64,000 bases of DNA from Haplodiscus bocki (taxonomy: Eukaryota): positions 133,796,001 through 133,860,000 of the forward strand of contig OZ296650.1 in the NCBI GenBank assembly GCA_965655095.1. Reading direction: 5' to 3'. Position numbers and translations under genes: made by a program. Positions 34,601-47,408 of the stretch are shown here, piece by piece. Position 1 is the first letter of the stretch. Every line of letters starts with the position of its first letter. The notes beneath the pieces are model-generated. The model was not told where the DNA came from. It did not search any database and was given only the letters and a program-made list of their open reading frames with translations.

Positions 34601-37600
34601 GTGGATATTGGACAATAGCAATTTATGAGAAATCAAGAAATCTTGAATTAGCTGATTTGAAATGGAACTTGCTGAGCACTTTGACTGGTCAGGGCGTCTT
34701 CATCTGTGAGTCTCATGACGTTCCTTTGACAAGAGACTTCAGAAAGAGCAGTTTTCGTTGTAGATGCACCCGTGCTTCTTTTTTGCGTTGCCCTTATTCC
34801 CAATGTAACAGTTGCGTATGCAAGCGTCACTTCAACGAAGGTCTACAGAATCCGAATAGACGTGTTCTTGTTGATCCAATGCCGAGGTCGGAAAAGAGGG
34901 CAAATACGCATTTCTCTCCTGTTAATTCAGAGTCGTCTAGCTTGCGAGTTGTATCCGAAACATCATCTATTGTAGAGTCTATCGAATCAAGCGAGCCTGA
35001 TGCAGCAGCAATTGCCTTTGGTATGGTGTCCAACAACAATTTGTCTGTTGTTGGGGATTTTTCTTTGGAAGTTGACAACCATGAACCTCTTGAAGAAAGC
35101 ATAAATGTATTGGCTAGTCTCCAAACTTGCCCTGATAAAAAAGCTCTTTTCATTGATCCACATCGAAATGAAGACCTTTTCAAACTGCCACTTCACATTC
35201 TGCTCAATTCTCAATGCAACCTTTTGTACCGGCATAAAGGGAGTCCAATCAGTTTGTCGCTGAAAGAAAAACGTTTTTTAGAAAACATTGCAGCAACTTC
35301 CACGACAGCGCTGCCTCTAATTCAACCAGAAGCTCTTTTGTTTCCATCAATTTTCTGGTGTCAAGCTAACAACGGTAGTTTTCATGGAGCAATACCAGCC
35401 GCGCTTTACAACAACTCCAAGTACAACAGACAACTGGGTTTTGCTGGTTTGGAAGACATGCTTCGTACGAGAATCAAAGATGGTTCGCTGTTGACATCAT
35501 GCAATCCAACTTATTTGCAGTATGTGTTTGACAGCCTTTTGAACATGCAGCTTCACAAAACTGATGTTAGATTGGTTTTAAATCGGGGATGGCAGGAAGT
35601 GAGTTCCGGCCCTACAAATTGTTCATTTGTTTCAACGCAAACATTCAAGTTTGACTGTGCGGAAAGTCGTAAAAATGTCTGTGAACTCGCAGCTTTAATT
35701 CGAGATAAAAATCCAACGTACTTTTTGACATATACTTGCAGCCAGTCGACCCATCCTGGCGTTAGAAAAATTTTTCAGGCACTCTATGAAATGTACCCAC
35801 CAGAAACTACAAAAAAAGAACTGCTCTCTGCGGCCATTCAAGCAGAATTGATGCCGATGCTCAGGTGTTGGTATAGAGCTTCACAATACGTAATGGAGTG
35901 GGTGAAAAAGTCTCCAGAAAGACCACTGGGACCGGTATCCCACATTTGGATGCGGTATGAATGGCAGGAGGAGACAGCTGGGTTCCCTCATTTGCATGTG
36001 ATACTTTGTACTCCAGAAGACAAGTTTTCTAATGAGGTGAGATCTCGAGTTTGCTGTTCAAAAGAAACATTTTTGGGTGCATTAGAAAGCAGTTGCCCTC
36101 AATTAACGAAAGACGAAAGGTTGCATCTCGGTGAGTTATTTCAAAAGTATCAAATTCATAACTGTACCAAAGGGCGTCAGCGATGCCATAAAAAAACAGA
36201 TCGTCTCAATCAGCCAATTTGTCGTGTGCCAAGATATCCACCATCGAATGCATTTTCGTTCAAAAAAGTTCCCATTAACTTCTCTTCTGAAACAATGGAC
36301 TTGTTACAAGCCATGGACTTAGCAGACATTGACGTTAACACGTTGTTGCCGAAGGTCAAAGACCCTCTAATTGCCGGGAAGCATCACTATCCGACTGTGT
36401 CTAACGAGCATTTCTCGCCAACCAATGCAGCTTTGTTTGCACTGACTCAATCAAGCACTAACGTTCAAATTTGCGACGATTACACGGCACCCCGTTACGT
36501 TGCGAAGTATGCAGCGGGCATTGAATCTCGAGCAGCAGCCACAATTGTTGCAGGTCAGACAGAGAACAGTGTAAAGGTTCTGACAGAACCGATAGAACAT
36601 GAGAAGATAGCAGGTGTTCGAGCTTGTTTGAAAAATTTGCGTCAGGAAGAGAAACGACAATCAGTAAAAGGTCGCATTGTCAGTATTACTGAATGTCTTT
36701 GGTGGTGCTTACAACTTCCTTACGTCTGCACAAATGTTGACTTTGTACATGTGCCTACAGTTCCCAAAGAATATCGTTCAGGAATTGTAATTGAGAAACG
36801 TTTTCACAAGTCTCCGAATTTCAGCGCCACTTTCACTGATGGAATCCGTGTGCGAAAAGAATTATTGGAACTCCCAAAACTTCGACAATTTACAAAAAGT
36901 CAAACCCTCCTCCTTGCAGATGTTGAAAACAGTTTCATTTCTCCTGACAAGGTAACTGTTTTTGGACTGAGGCCGCCGGAACTTTTGTTCGTATCGCAGT
37001 TAAAAGACTATTACAGCTGGTTTGTGCGCTGGAAACCCAGAAGAACAAACTGCCTTAGCAATCACGAGAAGTTCTTGAAAAAAGGTTTACGTAAAAGCTG
37101 CTGGGTTGATGCACTTGGATATTTGGTTAAACTGCGCCCATCTGCTGTTAACTCTTTCGTAAGTCTCTGTCAAGAAAAGTTTGGTGAAGAACGGAATCAG
37201 ATCTTGAAACGCGAAATGAGGAAACACATTGTTCCCATTCTTGAAAACAAGAACAGTTCTCAGTTCGTTGCTCATTGGAAAAACTTGTCAGAAGAAGAGG
37301 CCGTTGTTGTTTTCAGCAACAGTCTACCGAATAACCCAACAAAGTTTTTACTTCATCTGTTACTGACCGTCGGGAAACTTGACACTGAGTTGGACATCTT
37401 GAACGTCCAAACTTTCAAAGAAGCTTTCATAAAAGCGGGTATTTTGCTAAACTCAACCGTCACTGATGGCGAAGTGAAAGAAATAGCTAAGAAGTATTTG
37501 CTGGAACAGCTTCGCTTCACTCCAGGGTCATCTAAATTGATTGACACTTACTTGGTAATGGCCCATAGTGTCATATCGGAGGCACTGTTGATAAACAATC

Positions 37601-39708
37601 TCTTTTTTGCTGCTGCTTTACCACCTGTTCTCGACGAAAGCGTCCTGGAGGAATGCGAAGAAACAGTCACAATTCAACTGGCTATGGAAAAGTGTAAAAT
37701 GATAGCTTTCCTTCAGACATGTCAGACTGAATTACCTGCAGAGCAAACGATGATCGACGCCACTTTCAATACTCCAGTGCCTTGGAAGCCACTTTTACAG
37801 AAGAGCCCGGATCAAAGTAAAAACTCATATTTAGAGCAACGTCAAGTTTTGGACGAACTCATTAATTCAATAGACATGTATAAACGAGGACATTGCACTT
37901 TCATAAGACATCAGATTGTTTTCGGTCCACCAGGAAGCGGCAAAACTTTTGTGATGCTGAAATCTCTTGCTTACGCCTTATGTCAAGGATAGCATTGTGT
38001 GGTGACATCCATAGCAGCTGAAAGATCTGCTGCTTTAGCTGGAAAACATCTGAATGCTTTGATACCATTTCCAGTTGAAAAATGTTGCTCTGCAGAATCA
38101 CTTTCGAAGAAGGCTCTGTCCAATTTACAACGATCTCCTATCAAAAGCCGAGTTTTACAGCACTTAGACGTAATTTTCGTTGAAGAACTTTCGATGATAT
38201 CTAGCGAGCTTTGGGCAGCGACAGATCATGTTTTGCAAGTTGTCACAGCAAATTATGTTCCTTTCGGCGGAAAACTCGTTGTCGCAACTGGTGACTTCTT
38301 TCAACTTCCTCCGCCCTCTGGATCTTACTTGATGAGTTCCTCTTTTCCTTTAACAACCTTTGCTTTCCACAATTTGAAAAATTTTGTCCGAATGCGGAAC
38401 AAGAACGGCCAGGAACTGTTATCATTGTTATCAGCAACGCCTAAAACAGATGCCAATGCAGAAAAAATTTGGAAAATTATGGAGAAAGATTGCACTTTTG
38501 TACAATCGTGGAACGACGTGCCGAACGATAGAATTCGAATTTTTGCTACTAGACAAGCGGAACGGAAAGCAACCGAGAATAAAATCACTGAAGTTAAATG
38601 CAGCAGAGCACAATACTTTGAAAGTGCGTCCATCGACGAAATGTGCGTTTCGAGCACCGACAACTGGAGTGAGGCGTCTGCAACAGCGTCGAAGTTCCTG
38701 AACAAAAAGTGCCTTGAGCCCCAATCACTTTTTCTATACCCCGGTGCTATTATGCGATTAACTGTCAACAAACCATCCTTATCAGCATATCAAGGTCAAC
38801 TTTGCGTCCTCCTGACTTTGGATACCATTGAAAATGGTACCCTAACAGTTGCTCTTGCTCCAGCTGGTTGCAGAAATATCCCGCCACTCTCTGTGATCAG
38901 AAACAGTTGGAGGTGTGTTGTTATTGGCAAGGAAACTGGTGTAGCCTTCCGATTAAACCATAAAACAGTGTGCAGGAGGATACAGTATCCGTTAAAGCTT
39001 TTTGTTGCGTCCACCATTCACAAGACCATGGGCGAAACTCTGCCGATGGTGGCGACGCAAATAGTGGGGTCACGAGATTTTGCTTTGTGGCTTCCTGAGC
39101 AGTTGTATGTGGTTATGAGCAGGGTACGGAGTTTGAACCATGTCACTTTTGTGGGCACGAAGGAGGAGAATAGAAGAGCAGTTTTAGACTTAGTCCGCAA
39201 AAAATCACAGTGGGTTGAGCTGACTAATGAAATTCTGACAAAAAGTTCTGCGCGCGATCCCACAGTTTATCATGCCAAAGCATCGCCTTTTCCGCCATCA
39301 ACTCGTGACTTACCTACCCAAAACTTGGGTTTCTGTTACTTGCTGCAGAGTGTCCCACAAAGTCAGCTGTTGTACATTGGCTCCACTATGTCCTTGGTGC
39401 GTCGTCTGAGGGAACACAATTCTGGGTTAGGTTCTAAGTTCACAAAAATTACAAATCGGTTGCCCTGGAAAGTTTGTGCCTATGTAACTGGGTTCAATTT
39501 AACCAATGCGTCTCATAGAATCCGCGTATTTGAGAAAGAATGGCTGGATGCAGCATCGAACTACGTTAATCTCAAAAAGAAAAATGTATCACTCTTCACA
39601 GCCATCAATTTAGGTGAAGACATCGCAAAAACTTGGCCGCACAAAGAAGACGGTTTGAAACTTATTGTATGTAGTGGTGAACCCACTGCCTGTTTAAAGC
39701 CATGGTGA
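31638..39708 (+). pseudogene. RepHel polyprotein of unit C, disrupted by a +1 frameshift (T8 run 32923-32930) and an in-frame TAG (37990-37992)
   Basis: ORFs 31638-32945, 32824-37992 and 37999-39708 concatenate into a colinear homologue of the unit A protein. OTU GDGNCLF...NHFE is complete, and all Rep, helicase and GIY-YIG motifs are present. Confidence 0.86.
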
Positions 39709-40559
39709 TCGCAATATCCATTCTGACAAAACTGTTGAAACCATTTTCTGTTATGCACAATGTTTCTGCGTACGCGTTGGATCCCAACTGCTTCGACTGC
39801 ATAGTGAAGCGTTGACAGAGTTCTCTTCCAATCTTTTGTATATATTTGCATCGACTGCACAGTGTTGCGAATTTCAGCATAGGACTACTGACGAAAAATT
39901 TTCGGCTCGACTGACTGCTACGGCTGTAGATTGTCGCATTTTGAAATGTCAGCTGGTATTGCCCCTTCTGTGCCCTCGATAATATGCACCAGATGAACAG
40001 TTTAGAATTTTTGTTCCTGTAGTTAGTTCAGCATTTTTGATTAGTTGAATTTTCTTGCTTTGTGTAGCTTTGAGTACGTATTAAACTTCAGTTGTGGAAC
40101 ATCTGCAATGAAAATATATTTTATTAACCTTAACTTTCTACAAGTTCTGTGGACGGAAAAAAACCGATTTAATAACGGTGTATTCGAATGCATTGCTCAC
40201 CTTTTTTTCTATGGCCTTAAATGTTACTGATCGACAAAGCGTGATGCGTTGAACCGTAAGATGACTGTAATTGTAACATGACATTTTTATAATTGAACTT
40301 AATGATGAAGAAGTCTTGAGAACTCTGAATAATTGATGAATTGTCATGCTTTTTTTTTGAAAAACAGGTTGCTTTACTTGAAGCAGTAGCGCTATTTCAT
40401 TGTATTAATTGCTTGAAACCGAAAATACTTGCCTGTTGACTGTAAGGAACCTTAACGGAAATTGCGTTCACAGAATCTTTAAAAAAAGTAAAAAGCATGG
40501 TTTTGAATACTCCAATTGTTCAGTTCTCAGGCAGCTTCAACCACTTTTGATTTCAGACT

Positions 40560-41570
40560 ATGACAACTCAAGTCAACACCTCCCAAGTAACAGCTACATT
40601 TTTTTTGCGTCGAAGCGAAAATACGTTCGTCAGAGGTATCGTTCTAGTTATTAAGAAAAATGACAAACCTTTGCAGTTGTTTAGACCGCAGAATATCAAA
40701 AACAAGAGAGGTGCCCTCGATACCAGCTATGATCGATTAGTCATACTAGGCGAGATCAGTTCGGAAGAATGCTTTGCTGTGATTGCGGAGTCTACACAGA
40801 AAAGCTATTTTTTGTTCGGGGACACTCTGTTAACAGTAGGGTCAATTGTGGACGTCAAAGAACCTTTGTTCTCCAACTCTTGTCGCGGCGATGATCCCAG
40901 TAATCCCATTTTCCATGTCTTTCTTCCTTTGGAAGTCGTGATTAACAATATTCCATTGTTGCCAATTCCCATAGATCTCCATTCATCAACGACAGCAATG
41001 TTTCACTTTTGCTTGCCAAACAGACCCCTCACCTTCTTACAAGCAAGTGCTGTGGCTCCAACTTGCTCAGGCTTCATGTGTGACAGACGAGAAAATCGAA
41101 TTGACTCTGTATGCCCCTGTATACAGAAATCTCCTGTTTCCACTTGGGTAATGTGCGCCCGAATTATCAGTCGTGACATCGAAAATGAAGACGAAGACTC
41201 CCTCACGGGAGAAATTTTACAAAGTCTTAACCTGACAAAAATGTTTTGCAGCGAAGCTATTATTAGAACTTCATATGCATCAATCAATTCACAACAACTG
41301 CGGAATGCTGTTAACCAGGTGTCCCAATTTGTAAATGAGAATGGAGGGTAGCAGGTACGTGGATTTTACAAAACTGGATCCACAGACGAAAATCTTGCAC
41401 AAAACGTACAACGTGCCCGCATTTGCGAAATTACGCCTGCCGTTGAAGTGCCTTTTAACTTGAAGTACAACATTGTGCCATGCAACGCCAATTTTGGCAA
41501 TGAACCCTCAGCTTTGCAGCATGCGAATGCTAACGTCGGTGCTCCTAACAATCCGAACAACGTACGATAG
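40560..41570 (+). pseudogene. ~330 aa element protein gene with premature TAG (41349-41351)
   Basis: Same length as, and highly similar to, 10379-11389. TGG>TAG at conserved NGGW; also CLG>CRG. Confidence 0.82.
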
Positions 41571-42625
41571 GTGATCTAGACCTACTCTTCAGAGGACCGT
41601 TCTTTCTCCACCGCGTGAACTGCTTGCAGGTTTTCAAAACCAACATCTCCTTTCGCAATCGACCGCAAGGTGGTTGCTGAAAAAAACATGCACAAAGTAA
41701 CAGGTTTCGGAAAAGAAAATTAATGTTGTCCTCGTTCTTTCATACCAAAGTTTGTTCTCCTGCTTTTTTCAATCTTGAAACCTATGCTTCTATTCTCTTG
41801 TTTATGATAAAGTTTAACTTTCCAGTACTTATCAGTACCTAAAGGTTAATTGTTGGTTTTTGTAGAACTGTGAACACTAATGTCAAATTAGTTGTTGTTG
41901 AACAATGGAAATTAGTTTGCAACTGCCGACGACTTCTCTCTGTAAACTTATGTCTTTCAGTAGCTTAGAACATTGTGCTAATTCGTGTTGCTTTTGAATG
42001 TGGATTGTTGATTCGTGTAGAAGTTGTGAACTTTTCATTTTATGCAATGAACTTCTTTCTTGTTATGTTAAACATTACTATCCGTTCATCACCGAACGTT
42101 TTGAACTTTGAAACGATGTCTTGCTCTTTTATCGGGCTCAGTGCACTCTCTCAGTTTGTTGCTTGACGTTTGATACAGTGAACGCTTTGTAAAACAGGGA
42201 AAAGGAAAAGAAGCAGAAAGTGTTGTAATTTTCTCCAACAGAAGAATGGGAACAAACTTTTATACGAAATTTTAGAGAAGTTTTATTCTGAAGTCTATAC
42301 AGGTTCATTTGCTTCATTTAGGTTGTTTTCACAAAGTAACAGCTGGGAACCTACTGCCTACAAATTGACAACAAGGGTGCGAAACTTTTTGAGAAAGTTA
42401 AAACACTTTCGCGGGTGAAATTTTGATTCGTTCGGAAAAAAATTCTGTTTTCCTTCCCAGAAACTCATCAAACTTGAATTTGTTTGTTAAAGGAACAGCT
42501 GCTTTCAAAACATAGCAAGCTAAATTTTCCTGCCGACGTTCGCTATGCGCCTGTTTAAGTGTCATAATCAAATTCTACGGCAAATTTTGATTTTTTGTGA
42601 TTTTTATTTTTTTTTTCGAAAAATT

Positions 42626-43205
42626 CGTCATAACCGTCATTTGTTTCGGCACTTTGGCCAAAAATTTTTTATCGTCAAAAAATTATCTTTCAAGTTATGG
42701 AGTCAATTTCACAATGGAGCCGCTCCAGAGCGCAAACTATGTACTTCAATGTGGGAGCTATGACGAAATGATCGATTTTCGGCATTTTTTTCCAACTTTG
42801 ATCCGTCATACCTCCACACCTATGACGAGTTGGCAGAAAATTTTTCGCATGCGTATAGGTCACAGTTTATGTGCTTCACACAAAAAGTTTCGGCCAAATG
42901 CATGTGGTTACTTGCAAGGCTGTCGATTAAAAACTGCAAAAAAGGGCCAAAAAACAGAATCATCCCGTCATAATTCCTCAACCATTTTTGCTAGAATGAT
43001 CTAACCCGCACCATTGTTCTTAGAATTGTAAAGTATGCCTGCATACAAAGTTTGAACCAAATCCTATGGGTGGGAGCTGAGATCGCTATTTCTACACCCC
43101 CGTTTCCACAGATGTAAAACACTAACTACTAAAACGGCTCGGCAAAGGGGCCCCTCCCCCGCCTCGCAAAGGCCTGATATGGGGCAAAAACCCCTGAACA
43201 CCTAG
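42626..43205 (+). repeat. Subterminal module R5 (A/C-type), terminal CTAG
   Basis: Aligns with R1 and R4; hairpins at about 43141-43163 and 43181-43194. Confidence 0.85.
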
Positions 43206-44635
43206 GGAAAGACAGTGTGGCATGCGGTTGTTGGCGATATTTTCGACGAAAGGCGGGCGGCCCCGCCCGCCTACGGTCGGCGAGCGTGGTCCAAAGTCGT
43301 TTCGTACTTTGTGTTTTTCCTTCGTTTTCCGACGTTGATCAGAGTGTACCCGTTGCCTGAATAAGACAACTGCTCCAACAGACAACCAGTTATTCTTTTC
43401 ACTAGTGTAGGACAGCTGTGCAACAACTTAGTTGGAGTTAAGCTGGTCCAAATCGTCGATTTTGCGCGTTGTTCGAAAAAAGTTTTTGGACAGATTGTTT
43501 CAGATGGCCCGAAGGGCCAGCTGAAACAATCCAAAAAGCACTTAGTACAAAAAAAAGGTTAAGAAGCACTCAGTTTTGTACAGAAGAGGCCTCGCTGGGT
43601 TAATTAGCAAAGAGAGTTGGTTAAAATGCGAAAGAATATTGAGGTAAATTTTTGGAAAAATCTGAAACTGTCTCGCGAAGGACTGAAAAAACGTCATAAG
43701 TCAATGTTACGTTAAGATACACACACGTTCTAGAGCGCATATTTTCTCTCTATTTGAGCTCTTTTCATGTAAATTCACTTGCCCGGACAGTTGTGTAGAC
43801 GAAACTCTGCTTTTGCTGACCAAAGTTGATGAAGTCAAAATTTGATAGTTTTTCGTCGATAATCTAAGTAAAATTACTTTTGAACCGGGAATTTCAGGAA
43901 ACTGAAAACGCGGCAAACGTGCCAAATGGATTCGTTGGGACATAAAACGGCCAGGGGTTGCCCCCTGTGAAGGTCATTTTGAAATTTATGGCCGAAAATG
44001 GCAGAGACAATTGACAGGTTTTAGAGTTCGTCCTGAAAAAAACATCATTTTTTCTCAAAAACTGGTAGTAAAAACCTGTAAAACACCTCTGTGCACGTCA
44101 AAAGACACGGGCAACAATTTCGTGCTCCTGAATAGGAGCGCTAAACCTATTCCTTCTTCGTGAAATTGAGCCTAACATGGCAAAAAAAGCGCAAAATTTG
44201 AAAATGGGGTCTTGCGGAAACGCCAAGTGCTCAGTTTCAGTTGGAGCTAGGCCAATCAAAATGCACCTATCCAACGTACCAAAGGCAGGTCTACAAAAGT
44301 GCGCTCCGGACCCTTGCAGCTAGTACCACTCGTTCAGAAGATATTGCCGATTTTCCTCAAAAATCACGATTTTTGGGCGTTTTCAGAAGGCGTTTTTCGC
44401 GTCTATCTCCACACCCAGGCCAGTCCGGGAAAAGTTACCTCCTATCAATCCTAATCATTTATTGATATATACACGCATGGCGAGTTTCAGGAAAATCGTA
44501 TGGAAATTTTGGGAGATCAGTTCTAAAATCGCTTATAATCGGTATAGTATGGGCGGCAGACTGTTGAGGGCTCGGAGAGGGCCCCTACCCCCTCCTCGAT
44601 TGCCAAAAATCTCTCAAAAAGAGACGGCCACCCAG
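43206..44635 (+). mobile_element. Short non-coding unit S3 (1,430 bp) with a divergent version of the terminal module
   Basis: Right end keeps CATG..AGTTT...AAAATCGTATGG...GAGATC, both hairpins and CCACCCAG. The left end lacks the usual TGGAGGC. Confidence 0.6.
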
Positions 44636-45788
44636 TGGAGGCAAAGGTACCGTTCGCTAGAGAGGCCCAGTGAATGTTGGATAGGTATCTGTGGACACCA
44701 ACTGAAATGGAGTTTTGTCATAAAAGTAAAAAAAATTAACTCTCAATCTCAACAGAACAGAAGCTAAAACCGTTCAAGAAATGAACAACAATAGCCAAAA
44801 CGGAAAAATAGATCCGACTTTATCAAAGAAAAACCCCTGAGTAAAAGAACTTTTTCCAACTCCTATTGAAAAAACCAGGTCCAAAAATAACAATTAAATT
44901 TTGAGAAGAAACATAAAACTCAAAACAGCTGTTTATGAAAAATTTCAAAGCTCCTACACGTTTTCCCATTTATAAATGTTCCTAAAAGATCGATATGTCT
45001 ACATAGCAAAACGAGGCTCACACACTGCAAAATTCGCTCAACCTTCTTTACTGTCTTATTTTAAACGAGAATTTCATCTCCGTTTAATCACTGCGACATT
45101 TTGAACAAAGACAACATAGACTTCTGTGAGCGTACCACTGACTTGGGACATCGAAATGACTTCACGGCTCATGCAAACTATAAATCGTTGCTATTCACAG
45201 TGAATCTCTTTTAGAACTTTGAACACTTTCAAAGTATTTTCATTTGTTCCTCCAACTTTATGAGTAAACTATTTGAACACGAGGCAAATCGCGAACCAAA
45301 AGTTCCTATCTAATTTGAGTACGTTAAATTTATCAATATCTTGACAAATTGGAGCAAATATATCTTCTAATACTAATGATAGCATCATTATTGAGAGGCC
45401 ACTGACTTAAGAAAATTACTTCCAAAGTGCTTTACTAACATTGAAAAGCGTAGTGAAAATTTCATAAAACCTTCAACGTGGATTATTGAAGTAAATCGAA
45501 CTACTTTACAGAGAATAATGCAGGGTACTGCCATAACGAAACAAGATTTATTTAGGTGAGAGAAAAACAGTTGTTTGTTTCATTGTAAAGTTTGTGGAAA
45601 GAAGGTTTAAATGTAAAAGAGACCATGTAAAGTTGAGTTGCTAAGGCAACTGCGTTGAATTCATCGACGGCACTACAGAATAACAATAGATGTGAAACTT
45701 TCAAAAAGGAACATCCTTCTATATGTTCATTCTCATTCGACTTCAAAAAGCACATATCCGTAGGGGATTTTGAAAAATCCATAACAAA

Positions 45789-46781
45789 TCAATCGTGCTG
45801 AACATTCGGGTTGGCATGCTGTAGTGGAGGTGGCCGATTGGGCGGTTGCCGAGCATTACCAATAGTGTACTTCAAGTTGTTCGGGATTACCGAAGCTGGC
45901 ATAAGACGACAAATTCGCACATGATGAACAGCTTGAGTAATTGACTCATCACTGACACTGGATTTGCTGTAGCCAGATATTCTCCAACCACCATTATCGT
46001 TGACATATGCTGTCACCCTAGTCATTGATTCACGCAACAGATTCAATTCAACCGAGCTAGCTGGCAATCGAAGAACGTCATTGCTGCAAAAGAACGATGC
46101 CAACTGATGACTTTGGGTCATGTCTCCGCTCAGGGGATCGTCCGCTTCTTCTTCCACGTCCCTAGAAATGATGCGTGCGGCGACAGTCCACGACGAAACT
46201 GAATTCTTGTGTAAGCAAGCGCACACCGTTTCATTTCTGAGAATACGACGGTCGCACATACTTCCAGAACACGTAGGTGATATAATGTTTCCATGCAAAA
46301 ACAACAAATTTCTACTGTTGAGAGTGTAATGGAACATTGCGGGCGTGCTCGGTAGGGAAATAATTGGAATTGGCGGAAAATCCTCATTGCTTACGTTATT
46401 GATAACAACGATCGCCTGATGAGTTTCAATAATCGGATTATTTTTGTCATTCCCTAAACACGTGTTCGAATATATAGGCTCTGTAACCTCTACAACAGAA
46501 CCAACAGTCAGATGACGATCCGAAAACAGTTTAGCAGACTTCTGCGCGGAAACTGAGATGACGACAAAACAATCTTTACTATTCCATTGACCAATAATAG
46601 CCATTCTGTCATATGTCCCTTCAGGAAGTGGTCGTTTCAATTTTGTAGCTTGAGGTCTAAACAACTGAAGTGGCCGATCACTTTTTTTCAGAACCAAAAC
46701 TATCCCCCTTATTACAGTGTTCTGGCTGTTGCGCAGGAAACCTTCGCCTGTAACTTCAGCAACAGTTACTTGTCTATTCAT
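45789..46781 (-). CDS. Conserved element protein (330 aa), putative OB-fold ssDNA-binding protein
   Basis: Homologue of 13750-14748; intact. Confidence 0.75.
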   Translation of the reverse strand: MNRQVTVAEVTGEGFLRNSQNTVIRGIVLVLKKSDRPLQLFRPQATKLKRPLPEGTYDRMAIIGQWNSKDCFVVISVSAQKSAKLFSDRHLTVGSVVEVTEPIYSNTCLGNDKNNPIIETHQAIVVINNVSNEDFPPIPIISLPSTPAMFHYTLNSRNLLFLHGNIISPTCSGSMCDRRILRNETVCACLHKNSVSSWTVAARIISRDVEEEADDPLSGDMTQSHQLASFFCSNDVLRLPASSVELNLLRESMTRVTAYVNDNGGWRISGYSKSSVSDESITQAVHHVRICRLMPASVIPNNLKYTIGNARQPPNRPPPLQHANPNVQHD

Positions 46782-47408
46782 TTCTTAAAAAATGCAAAAG
46801 GATGTGTTTCAAACGAGGAAGTACACGATAAAAAACACAAGTCAAGATTTGCAGTCTGATTTCTCTCAAACGGAAAAACGCCCAATGAACAAAGAAAAAT
46901 TTTTGATGAAAGAAAACTTTAGAAAATCCGTTTTTTTATTAAAGCCTAGCAACTCTTCAGTCCCGTCTATGGTACACTTTGTCTGGAATCAACTGAATCT
47001 GCAGTCATTTATCGGGTGTGTCCTCAAAACAGTTTTCCACTCCAAGTCAAAAATTGGTCGCATACCGAAAACATATAAATTGAAACACAGATAGTACATT
47101 AAACTGAATTTCCTCTGAACTATTTCTATTTCCAAAAACAAAACAATTTACAACAGATTCCAGTAAAAAAAAGCGTTCAGCTTCAAATAACATCATCAAA
47201 TGTAAAATCATAGTTCAACTAAATGAATGCAATATTGCCAATTCATTTTTTACATTTAAAAACCATATGGCAGCACAAATAGTGCAATTAAACAATAACA
47301 CCAAATCATGACAGAAATGACCGCATTACAAATATTCACGCGGTGTTAAAACACCGACGGACTTCCTAATCATCAAGTTATCTTCATGGAGCTCGCGGTA
47401 ATTGATGC

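Larger units (their letters stand above)
28467..43205 (+). mobile_element. Helitron-like element unit C (14,739 bp), A-related, lacks the SGNH gene, ends in CTAG
   Basis: Starts at core J4 and carries RepHel and ~330 aa gene homologues. The terminal module ends GGGG-CAAAAA-CCCC-TGAACACCTAG (43205). Confidence 0.85.

Noticed and set aside
39848-39870. Iron-responsive element (CAGTGT loop)
   Set aside because: It lacks the bulged C plus 5-bp upper stem and is better explained as a copy of the bulged-G hairpin family.
41349-41357. TAG-CAG-GTA as a programmed readthrough context
   Set aside because: Unit A has TGG-CAG-GTA at the same site and the C copy has other damaging changes; the context is inherited by chance.
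42597-43004. 135 aa ORF inside the terminal module
   Set aside because: The ORF track shows no equivalent ORF in the homologous modules R1 and R4, and it has no recognisable motif.
45552-45782. 76 aa ORF (and 46792-47094, 48364-48713) present twice
   Set aside because: They recur only because E duplicates D; there is no counterpart in B.
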